This document shows, piece after piece, positions 1 through 7,618 of a stretch of DNA of 42,698 nt. The DNA is from Bacteroidota bacterium. GTDB taxonomy: Bacteria > Bacteroidota > Bacteroidia > J057. The translations under genes were made by a program, and so were the position numbers. Where the stretch lies: positions 1 through 42,698 of the forward strand of contig JAAFHL010000003.1 in assembly GCA_013298365.1 (NCBI GenBank), given 5' to 3'. Under the pieces are notes generated by a model. It did no database searches, was not told the DNA's origin, and was given only the letters and a program-made list of their open reading frames with translations. Within the stretch, counting starts at the first letter, position 1. The number at the start of each line of letters is the position of its first letter.

Positions 1-205
1 TTATTATTAAAGAAAATAAGCTAATTTACCTTTTTGCACATAAAAACCCTGTTTTTCAAAAAGCAAAATATTACCTAAGTTGAATGGGTTCATTTTTGAA
101 AAATAAATGCAAATTTAGTTGTTTTTTAGCAGATTTGTACAACGCTTTTTCTAGATAAACGCAATAAACCTATATTTTGAGCGATAATAAGCATTTTTTT
201 TTACA

Positions 206-236
206 TTTGATTTTTGTTTTGTAAACCCTATCTTTG
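206..236 (+). promoter_or_regulatory. candidate Bacteroidota-type promoter (-33 TTTG / -7 TAnnTTTG)
   Basis: TTTG at 206-209, a 19-bp spacer, then TAtcTTTG at 229-236, 32 bp upstream of ATG 268. Motif match only. Confidence 0.3.
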
Positions 237-267
237 TGAGTATAATTCACATTCATTCTTAACCATC

Positions 268-966
268 ATGAAAAAAATTCTAATGACACTACTCTTTGTG
301 AGTAGCATCTGTGCAGTGCAAGCACAAGACAACACCGAAAGTGTATTCAAAAAAAATGAGTATGCTTTAAATATTATGCCATATTTTAATTTTTTTTCGG
401 GAAATGTCAATCAGTTTGCCATGTATCGTAGGCGTTTTGACAAAAATGCCCTAAGAGTGAGCTTTTACGCCCACACACACCAAACAAATCGCAATGAAAT
501 GGATATGGAAAACATGTCATTTCAACTCAAAGATTCTGCGTTTAGTATTTCAAAAACAGGTTCTTTTGGCGGCTTAGCAGGCTTGCGAGCAGGTTATGAA
601 AGACATTTTAATAGCGGATATCCCAATATTGACTTGTATGTAGGAGCAGATATATTTGCGGGCATGGGAGGAACTTCAAAAGAAAAATATGTATGGAATT
701 TTCAACAACAAAGTGATAGTTCATATACATATACTGCGGTAAACAATGATGACCCTGTCATTGCGAAAGTGCGTATTATGCAAGTAGGTATTAGTCCTGT
801 TATTGGTTTACATGTAAATTTAGGTAAACGTTTTTTTGCAGGTGGCGAAACAGGATTTAATTTCTACCAAGAATGGCAAAAGAACCGTCCTAAATATCCG
901 GAATTTAGGGCTACTACCTTTAATTTTGCTGTGGTTTGGCGAATACTCTTAGGCGTAAAATTTTAG
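268..966 (+). CDS. hypothetical outer-membrane beta-barrel protein (signal peptide, C-terminal Phe)
   Basis: The ORF-track entry 214..966 starts at TTG. ATG 268 gives MKKILMTLLFVSSICAVQAQ, a typical signal peptide. Alternating hydrophobic/aromatic strands end in ...LLGVKF. No specific family recognised. Confidence 0.6.
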   Translation: MKKILMTLLFVSSICAVQAQDNTESVFKKNEYALNIMPYFNFFSGNVNQFAMYRRRFDKNALRVSFYAHTHQTNRNEMDMENMSFQLKDSAFSISKTGSFGGLAGLRAGYERHFNSGYPNIDLYVGADIFAGMGGTSKEKYVWNFQQQSDSSYTYTAVNNDDPVIAKVRIMQVGISPVIGLHVNLGKRFFAGGETGFNFYQEWQKNRPKYPEFRATTFNFAVVWRILLGVKF

Positions 967-1160
967 AAATATTCCCATTTTTGCACATAAAATCGTATTT
1001 TGGGAAAACTGGAAAGTGTTTGGTAAAGCAAAAAGCCTTATTTTGAACGAAATAAGCGATATTTAGCCCTAAAAACATTTTTTTTTAGAGAATTGCTGCT
1101 TTGGTACATAAATTGAACTTACCTATACAGCAAGAGGATGGAATTTTCGTTTTATCGTAA

Positions 1161-1202
1161 TGCGGTATGAAGATGTTGATATTTTCATACCGCAATTTTT
1201 TT
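1161..1202 (+). terminator. rho-independent terminator-like hairpin
   Basis: tgcggtatgaa (1161-1171) pairs with ttcataccgca (1184-1194), followed by a run of 7 T (1196-1202). It lies ~195 nt after the nearest upstream stop (966). Confidence 0.5.
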
Positions 1203-1285
1203 GCCCCTTTTTAGAACTCCATACCCTGTTTTTGCGTTTAATGCGTACAGTCTCCCAGATTTTGCAGACAGCCATTTTTTACAGC

Positions 1286-1333
1286 TAACTGTTCACTGAT
1301 GACTGCTCACCGATAACTGTTCACTGATGACTG
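1286..1333. repeat. perfect 20-bp direct repeat (taactgttcactgatgactg x2, 28-bp period) within a heptad-periodic array
   Basis: Copies at 1286-1305 and 1314-1333. Read as heptads: taactgt tcactga tgactgc tcaccga taactgt tcactga tgactga. The second copy contains the ATG (1327) of the Fe-S gene. Confidence 0.8.
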
Positions 1334-1662
1334 AATTAACTGTTTCTATTACTGACAATGCGGCAATCGAATTGAAAAATATTCGGGTAGAAGAAAATAT
1401 CGCTGCGGATAAAATCTTGCGCCTTGGCGTAAAAGGCGGCGGCTGCTCTGGTTTGAGTTATATTTTAGAATTTGAAGAAAAAACCGCCTTTGATGAGGAA
1501 CTCACTCTCAATAACGTGCCTGTCATTATTGACAAAAGACAAATGATGTATTTGGTGGGAATGGAACTTGATTATCAATATGGACTGAATAATCGAGGTT
1601 TCATTTTCAATAACCCAAATGCTAAAACTACTTGTGGTTGTGGGACTTCGTTTTCGGCATAA
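1327..1662 (+). CDS. iron-sulfur cluster assembly/insertion protein, HesB/IscA/ErpA family
   Basis: 111 aa with GVKGGGCSGLSY and a C-terminal CGCGTSF, the three-Cys signature of A-type Fe-S carriers. Confidence 0.85.
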   Translation: MTELTVSITDNAAIELKNIRVEENIAADKILRLGVKGGGCSGLSYILEFEEKTAFDEELTLNNVPVIIDKRQMMYLVGMELDYQYGLNNRGFIFNNPNAKTTCGCGTSFSA

Positions 1663-1871
1663 TCTTATGCCATAAAAAATATAGCGTTTAAACCCATTAT
1701 TTAAATATGCCAAGAAAAAAAATAAATGATAACGAAGAAAGTGCTACAAGGGCATGACGAGAAGGCGAGTTGATACATCAATTTCAACTGACTCGTATTG
1801 CAACAGCACAAACGCCTTTGCTAAAAGAGTGGTTATCTGTTGAAAATCCTATATTGAGTCCATTATAACAA

Positions 1872-2384
1872 ATGATTTTTGATAATATTCTCCTAAAAGC
1901 GCAAAAAAGTATTACAGGTTGGAATGAAGAAGATTTGAAAATAAAATTCATCGGTCCCGTATTAGAGCTTGGACAAATGTATGATGATGACAATGTGGTG
2001 GGCTATTTTGACAAAACTATTTCAGGTATAGTTGAAGGCATTAAGCTAACGGTTAAGTCCGATTTTATGCCTGCAAAAGGCATATTAGATGTTTTTAGAA
2101 ATCCTTATTTTCATTTTCAAGAATATAAGCCAAACAAGAATCCATCTGACGACTCTATGGCGCAACTGATAGAAGCATTTTTGATTGCACAAGTCAAAAA
2201 TAACAATAACAAACCGTTGTATGGAGTCGAAATCATTGGTAAACAATGGAGCTTTGTTACCTTTGAGGAAAGAAGTTATTGCGTTTCTTCTACTTTTGAT
2301 TGTACCAAAAAAGGGGATTTACTTACAATTATTGCTGTTTTACGCAAATTTCGCAAAATTTTATATGAAAAATTAATGGACTAA
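1872..2384 (+). CDS. small PD-(D/E)xK restriction-endonuclease-fold protein, HsdR N-terminal-domain-like (paralog 1; N-terminal extension apparently decayed)
   Basis: Motifs WNEEDLK, KSDFM (Asp), FQEYK (E-x-K), IAQ and GKQWSF align with the ORFs at 37042 and 39189. Upstream sequence still encodes the paralogs' N-terminal extension but is broken (see findings). Confidence 0.6.
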   Translation: MIFDNILLKAQKSITGWNEEDLKIKFIGPVLELGQMYDDDNVVGYFDKTISGIVEGIKLTVKSDFMPAKGILDVFRNPYFHFQEYKPNKNPSDDSMAQLIEAFLIAQVKNNNNKPLYGVEIIGKQWSFVTFEERSYCVSSTFDCTKKGDLLTIIAVLRKFRKILYEKLMD

Positions 2385-2426
2385 TATATGAAAAAACATT
2401 GACTTTATTTTTAATTCAAAAGCATC

Positions 2427-2930
2427 ATGGACAAGTTCATCTTCTTGCTCTGCGCAATTTGCCTTTTTTCGGCTTGCGCTCAAACCAAACACAACGAAGC
2501 TCCTATAGCAACAGCTTCTAAAGAAACAACAAACATGGCAGACAAAATTGTAAAAACAGACGAAGAATGGAAAGCAGAACTTTCTGAACAAGAATACTAT
2601 GTTCTGCGTCAAAAAGGTACAGAAAGAGCTTTTACAGGCGACCTTTGGGACAATCACGAGGAAGGTGTTTATACTTGCGCAGCTTGCAGTGAGCCACTTT
2701 TCCTCTCCGAAACCAAATTTGAATCAGGCACAGGCTGGCCCAGTTTCTACAAACCTGCAAGCAATGATTGTATCAAAGAAAATGTGGACAGAGACCACGG
2801 CATGGTGCGTACAGAAGTCGTATGTAGTAAATGTGGCGGACATCTTGGGCATAAATTCCCCGATGGACCCAAACCTACGGGCATGAGATATTGTATCAAT
2901 TCCGTTTCTCTAAACTTTGAAAAAAAGTAA
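2427..2930 (+). CDS. msrB: peptide-methionine (R)-S-oxide reductase MsrB with lipoprotein-type signal peptide
   Basis: [18 protein letters not shown]...[10 protein letters not shown] (two CxxC pairs), GWPSF and RYCINS motifs. The N-terminus [17 protein letters not shown] looks like a lipobox. Confidence 0.85.
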   Translation: MDKFIFLLCAICLFSACAQTKHNEAPIATASKETTNMADKIVKTDEEWKAELSEQEYYVLRQKGTERAFTGDLWDNHEEGVYTCAACSEPLFLSETKFESGTGWPSFYKPASNDCIKENVDRDHGMVRTEVVCSKCGGHLGHKFPDGPKPTGMRYCINSVSLNFEKK

Positions 2931-2933
2931 TTT

Positions 2934-3017
2934 CTCGCAGATTATCAGAGATTTAACCGCAGATTTGCGCAAAATAATCTCTGTTAATCTGCGTTTCCAT
3001 CTGCGCAAATCTGCGTG
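2934..3017. repeat. GCAGAT/ATCTGC-rich palindromic intergenic repeat, copy 1
   Basis: ctcgcagat...aaccgcagattt...aatctctgttaatctgcgttt...atctgcgcaaatctgcg. A second copy with the same block order lies at 28060-28143. Both sit immediately after a plus-strand stop codon. Confidence 0.7.
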
Positions 3018-3029
3018 AAACTAAAAAAT

Positions 3030-3920
3030 ATGAATATTCTCATTACAGGCGGTACAGGATTTCTCGGCAATGCCCTCACAAAATCCTTGACAAAAGACGA
3101 GCATACGATTACTATTTTGTCTCGTAGCGCAAAATCTTCCGAAAATCGTTATGTTACTTACACAAAATGGAATGGCAAAGAAATGCCTTTGGAAGTGCGT
3201 GTTGCCCGTTTTGATGTGGTAATAAATTTGGTAGGGGCAAGTATCGCCGACAAACGTTGGACGGACGCATATAAAAAGGAATTGTTGGAGAGTCGTATTA
3301 ATGCAACGCAAGCTTGTGTGGCATATATCAATGGCTGCACTATCAAGCCTAAAGTATTTTTATCTTCTTCTGCAATAGGTTACTATGGAGGAGATAGCCC
3401 CTTGGCATGTCATGAAGATAGCCCAAATAAAAACGATTTTATGGGCAGTTTGTGCAAGCAATGGGAAGATGCCTCAAAAGATGCAAATTGTCGCACGGTT
3501 TTGTTGCGTACAGGCATAATTTTGGGCAAAAAAGGCGGTGCAATGGCGCAAATGGTTCCGATTTACAAAATGTGTATAGGTGGCACATTTGCCAATGGAA
3601 AACAAGGTTTCTCCTGGATGCACCTAACGGATTGGGTGGCTGCCATTCGTTTTTTGATAGAAAATGAAAAAGTGTCGGGACCTGTGAACCTTGTTGCGCC
3701 CAAATATCCCACACAACATGAGTTTTCCAAAGCCCTTGACAAAGCAGTAGGGAGAAAAAATCTGTTCATTATTCCAAAATTTGTGCTTGATATTATCTTT
3801 GGAGAAAGGTCTATTTTATTTTGGGGCGGGCAGAAAGTAGTGCCTAAAAAGCTGCTTGACGCAGGGTTTGTATTTCAATATCCGGAATTAGACGCCGCTT
3901 TGAAGAATTTGGTAACCTAA
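3030..3920 (+). CDS. TIGR01777/YfcH-like NAD-dependent epimerase family protein (SDR fold + DUF1731-type C-terminus)
   Basis: MNILITGGTGFLGNAL Rossmann motif and a C-terminal GGQKVVPKKLLDAGFVFQYPELDAAL. The track start GTG 3015 lies inside the repeat, so ATG 3030 is preferred. Confidence 0.75.
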   Translation: MNILITGGTGFLGNALTKSLTKDEHTITILSRSAKSSENRYVTYTKWNGKEMPLEVRVARFDVVINLVGASIADKRWTDAYKKELLESRINATQACVAYINGCTIKPKVFLSSSAIGYYGGDSPLACHEDSPNKNDFMGSLCKQWEDASKDANCRTVLLRTGIILGKKGGAMAQMVPIYKMCIGGTFANGKQGFSWMHLTDWVAAIRFLIENEKVSGPVNLVAPKYPTQHEFSKALDKAVGRKNLFIIPKFVLDIIFGERSILFWGGQKVVPKKLLDAGFVFQYPELDAALKNLVT

Positions 3921-3978
3921 TTTTCCGAAAAGTAGCCATAACCTTTTCGCACTTTTTGGGTTATAGGATATTTAACTT

Positions 3979-4911
3979 ATGACCGAAAACAAGGAAAATA
4001 GTACCCTGAAAATTTGGGGTATTTTAGGCATACTTGCCCTAATATGGGGTAGCTCTTTCATCTTGATGCACAAAGGATTAGATGCATTTAATCCTTATCA
4101 AGTAGGCTGCTTACGTATCGTCATTGCGACTTTGTGTATGCTGCCTTTTGGTTTGAGCTATGTCAAAACCGTTCCCAAACATTTTTGGAAATACTTCCCC
4201 CTTGTTGGAATTATTGGAAACGGCATACCTGCCATGCTATTTCCCCTTGCCGAAACCCACATTAATTCTGCAACTGCGGGCATTTTAAATGGTTTAACGC
4301 CTGTTTTTACCTTGCTTATAGGCTTGACTTTTTTCGGTATTAGCTTTACTTGGAGCAAATTAGGGGGTATTTTATTAGGCTTAACAGGCGGGACTTTGGT
4401 TATTTTGGGCGGAAGTCAAGGTTTAGAAGGCTCAACTTTCTATGCACTCATTGTTGTTTTTGCTGCGATGCTATATGGTCTTAGCGTCAATCTGATGAAA
4501 AGATACCTCAATGAAGCGCACCCCATAGCCATTGCTACTTTTACCATTGCAAGTATTTCTATTCCTTGTCTTATCTATTTGATATACAGTGATTTGCCAC
4601 AAGTTTTTGCTACCCAAGAAGCCGCTTTGCCTTCATTGGGTTTTATTGCGATTTTGGGAGCTTTTGGTACAGCTGCAAGCACTGTATTATTTTATCATTT
4701 GGTGCAAATCACAGACCCTGTTCGTTCTTCCTCGGTTACTTATTTGATGCCGATAGTTGCTTGTTTGTGGGGGTTTTTACGTACAGATACCGAAAATATC
4801 ACCATGATGCAAATTGGTGGAATGTTGGTTATTTTGGCGGGTGTTTATTTATTGAACAAGAAAAAAGTAGAACATCCTTTAGATGCAGTGAAAGTCCAAA
4901 AAAGCGAGTAA
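3979..4911 (+). CDS. EamA/DMT-family transporter
   Basis: About 10 predicted TM helices in two halves and a typical EamA N-terminus (ALIWGSSFI). Confidence 0.7.
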   Translation: MTENKENSTLKIWGILGILALIWGSSFILMHKGLDAFNPYQVGCLRIVIATLCMLPFGLSYVKTVPKHFWKYFPLVGIIGNGIPAMLFPLAETHINSATAGILNGLTPVFTLLIGLTFFGISFTWSKLGGILLGLTGGTLVILGGSQGLEGSTFYALIVVFAAMLYGLSVNLMKRYLNEAHPIAIATFTIASISIPCLIYLIYSDLPQVFATQEAALPSLGFIAILGAFGTAASTVLFYHLVQITDPVRSSSVTYLMPIVACLWGFLRTDTENITMMQIGGMLVILAGVYLLNKKKVEHPLDAVKVQKSE

Positions 4912-4916
4912 ATTTG
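4909..4916 (+). promoter_or_regulatory. candidate -7 box TAaaTTTG
   Basis: Exact TAnnTTTG match 31 bp upstream of ATG 4947. Motif match only. Confidence 0.25.
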
Positions 4917-4946
4917 CACAAAATACACATCATTCTTTCCTAAAAA

Positions 4947-6185
4947 ATGAAGATAATCATCATTGGTTCAGGACCTGCGGGCAGTGGCGCATCGCTATTT
5001 TTAGCAAAAAATAATATTCCACATACCATTATAGACAAAGCTGTTTTTCCTCGTGATAAAGTCTGTGGCGATGGGCTTGCGCCTAAAACCATGCACATTC
5101 TCAAAAAATGGAATCCTGAAATTATTGCCAAAATGGAAGCATTGCCCACACAATTTGCAGGCGGCTGGGGCGGTCTTGTCGTTGCGCCAAATGGCAAAAA
5201 GTTGGATATTCCTATTAAAAAACCAGAAATAGATGCACTTCCCCCTGGCTTTGTTTCTCGTAGAATAGATTTTGACCATTTTTTGACGCAACAATTTGAC
5301 CCGAAATGGACAACTTTTGTACAAGGGGCAGAAGCAAAAAATATAAAAAGACTTGATAAAGGCTTTGAAGTGAACATTTTACGTGAAGGGAAAACAGAAA
5401 CGCATTATGCTGACATTTTGATTGCCGCAGATGGCGACAAAAGCCTTGTGAAGAAAATGCTTACGCCTCGTCCGCAAAATGATGCGCATTTTGCAGCAGG
5501 AATCAGGGCATATTATAAGGGCGTAAAAGATTTGCACCCCCATAATCACATTGAATTTTACTTTTTGAATGAGGTAATTCCTGGCTATTTTTGGGTTTTT
5601 CCACTACCCGATGGGCGTGCAAATGTAGGGGTATGTATGATTTCCGAATATGTGAAAGCGCATAAAATCAACATAAGAGAAGCCATGTTAAAAGCAATTG
5701 CTGACCACCCTGAATTGAGCAAACGTTTTGAAGGAGCAGCGTTAGAAGGGAAAATTGTGGGCTGGGGATTGCCGCTTGGTTCAGAACCTGGTCCACTTTC
5801 TGCCGAAGGCTTGATGCTTACAGGAGATGCCGCTTCTTTGATAGACCCGATTTCTGGGGAAGGAATTGGCAATGCCTTATATTCAGGCTGGCTCGCCGCC
5901 GAAGCTGCGGTAAAAGCCATTCAAGAAAATAATGTTTCTGCCGATTTTTTCAAAGAAAATTATGATAAACGTCTTTTTCGTTGTATTGGAAATGATTTGC
6001 GCTTGAGTTATATTTTCCAAAGAATTTGCCGCTATCCTTGGCTCATCAATTTTATCGTCGGCAAAGCGCAAAGAAATAAGGTTTTTATGGAAACCATGAG
6101 TTGTATTTTTGACGACATGGCAATTCGAGCAAAATTGTATAGCCCTTGGTTTTATGTGCGGCTACTTGTCGGTTTTTTCAGATAG
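4947..6185 (+). CDS. FAD-dependent oxidoreductase, geranylgeranyl reductase family
   Basis: N-terminal IIIGSGPAGSGASLFLA dinucleotide-binding motif, then DKVCGDGL, LIAADGDKS and LTGDAASLIDPISGEGI. Confidence 0.7.
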   Translation: MKIIIIGSGPAGSGASLFLAKNNIPHTIIDKAVFPRDKVCGDGLAPKTMHILKKWNPEIIAKMEALPTQFAGGWGGLVVAPNGKKLDIPIKKPEIDALPPGFVSRRIDFDHFLTQQFDPKWTTFVQGAEAKNIKRLDKGFEVNILREGKTETHYADILIAADGDKSLVKKMLTPRPQNDAHFAAGIRAYYKGVKDLHPHNHIEFYFLNEVIPGYFWVFPLPDGRANVGVCMISEYVKAHKINIREAMLKAIADHPELSKRFEGAALEGKIVGWGLPLGSEPGPLSAEGLMLTGDAASLIDPISGEGIGNALYSGWLAAEAAVKAIQENNVSADFFKENYDKRLFRCIGNDLRLSYIFQRICRYPWLINFIVGKAQRNKVFMETMSCIFDDMAIRAKLYSPWFYVRLLVGFFR

Positions 6186-6270
6186 TTTTTATAAATAAAA
6201 CGCTTGAATATCAACATTTACGCATGTATTGTCGTTATGATAGCACAATAAAAAAGAAAATCCAGCATCT

Positions 6271-6954
6271 ATGTTAGCAGCAGAACTCATCTCAGATACC
6301 ATTCCTTCCGTCAAAAGCAGCGACAATGTCGCACGTGTATTAGATTGGATGGGAGAATTTAAAGTTACGAAGCTGCCGATTGTCGTAAAACAAAAATTTT
6401 GGGGCATTGTGCGAGAAAGTGAGTTACTTGATGCCTTAGACGATGATATGACGATTGGCGAATTGCTTCAAATGGAAGAAAATGAATTGTCGGCAGAAGG
6501 CAAAAAATACGGCATTTTGGGCAACAAACATTTTTACGATGTCTTGGCACTGATGAGCAAACTGCAATTAGAGATTTTGCCCGTTATAGATGAAGATAGA
6601 AACTATTTGGGTATGATTACCGCCGCAGATATTGCTTTTCACGCAGGTGAGTTGTTTGCTGTGCACGAAGAAGGCAGCATTGTTGTGGTGGAAACCCTTC
6701 AAAACAACTATATGCTTACCGAAGTTGCACGCATCGTGGAGGCAGGAAATGCAAAGGTACTAAGCCTCTACATACGCAATTTTCCCGATTCTGCAAAAGT
6801 ATGGATAACCGTCAAAATCAATGTATTAAATCCTGAAAAAGTAATTAGCCTATTTGAAAGGTACAATTATACCTTCATTTCTTCCTATCAACTCGAGGAG
6901 GAAAACAATGATTATAAGCGCAATTTATCTGCATTGATGCGTATGATAGATTAA
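6271..6954 (+). CDS. CBS domain-containing protein
   Basis: Two CBS-like units (VTKLPIVV..., LEILPVIDEDRNYLGMITAADI) followed by an ACT-like C-terminal region. Confidence 0.6.
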   Translation: MLAAELISDTIPSVKSSDNVARVLDWMGEFKVTKLPIVVKQKFWGIVRESELLDALDDDMTIGELLQMEENELSAEGKKYGILGNKHFYDVLALMSKLQLEILPVIDEDRNYLGMITAADIAFHAGELFAVHEEGSIVVVETLQNNYMLTEVARIVEAGNAKVLSLYIRNFPDSAKVWITVKINVLNPEKVISLFERYNYTFISSYQLEEENNDYKRNLSALMRMID

Positions 6955-6958
6955 TGAT

Positions 6959-7100
6959 ACTTTGTCAGGTTGAAAAATAATGAATTAAGTGTGTGATTGC
7001 GGGCAAGTGAGTTCAAAAATTTTGAAGGCTTTAGCCCCAAATTTTTGAACGAAGGAGCGAAGCAATCTCACGTAGGGGTATTAAAAGCGTTGATTTAGCG
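6959..7100. repeat. dispersed 'gcgaagcaatc / cattgcg' family repeat, copy 1
   Basis: ctttgtcaggttgaaaa...gtgtgtgattgcgggc...gaacgaaggagcgaagcaatctcacgtaggggtattaaaagcgttgatt. It shares blocks in both orientations with 35266-35398. Contains a 12-bp internal hairpin (7011-7050). Confidence 0.65.
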
Positions 7101-7110
7101 GGTATTTAAA

Positions 7111-7144
7111 AGCGTCTAAAACCTTTTAAAAGATTTTAGACGCT
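7111..7144. terminator. bidirectional terminator-like hairpin between convergent genes
   Basis: agcgtctaaaa (7111-7121) pairs with ttttagacgct (7134-7144). It sits between the CBS gene (+) and the DUF2853 gene (-). Confidence 0.5.
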
Positions 7145-7172
7145 CTGTAATAAATATCCATTTATTTAGGGA

Positions 7173-7520
7173 TTATTCTCCCGCAGCATAAACAGACTCT
7201 TTTCCAAACTTTTTCACCAAAAGATAGTAAAAGATTGCACGATATTTATTGCGGTTACTTGAACCCATTTGTTCGATAACACCAGCAATTGCCTCATCTA
7301 AAGCAGTTCCATCTTCCAAACCTAATTTTTTGATAAGAAAATTGGTTTTTACTCTGTCCAATTCAGATTGGTCTGAGCCAGAAACTTTGGAAGAGTCGCT
7401 GTTGTAAATAGACGGTCCTAAACCTTTTGCGACAGCTGTTAATAGTGTCTCATCAAATTCAAGCCCCATTTTGGTCATTTCTGCTTTGTATAAGTCCATT
7501 GCTTCAACGAATTTACTCAT
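7173..7520 (-). CDS. DUF2853 family protein
   Basis: 115 aa. GLGPSIYNSDSSKVSGSDQSELDRVKTNFLIKKLGL matches my recollection of the DUF2853 core. Confidence 0.6.
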   Translation of the reverse strand: MSKFVEAMDLYKAEMTKMGLEFDETLLTAVAKGLGPSIYNSDSSKVSGSDQSELDRVKTNFLIKKLGLEDGTALDEAIAGVIEQMGSSNRNKYRAIFYYLLVKKFGKESVYAAGE

Positions 7521-7618
7521 AATTGTAATTTTGTTAGTGAGTTATAAAATAGTTATAATATGCTGCGAATATAGTGATTTATTTCTTAAAAAAGGAATTT
7601 TGACTTTTTTTTCTATGA

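Noticed and set aside
3015-3029. GTG 3015 as the start of the YfcH-like gene
   Set aside because: The GTG and the following 5 codons lie inside the intergenic repeat. ATG 3030 directly precedes the Rossmann motif (MNILITGGTGF).
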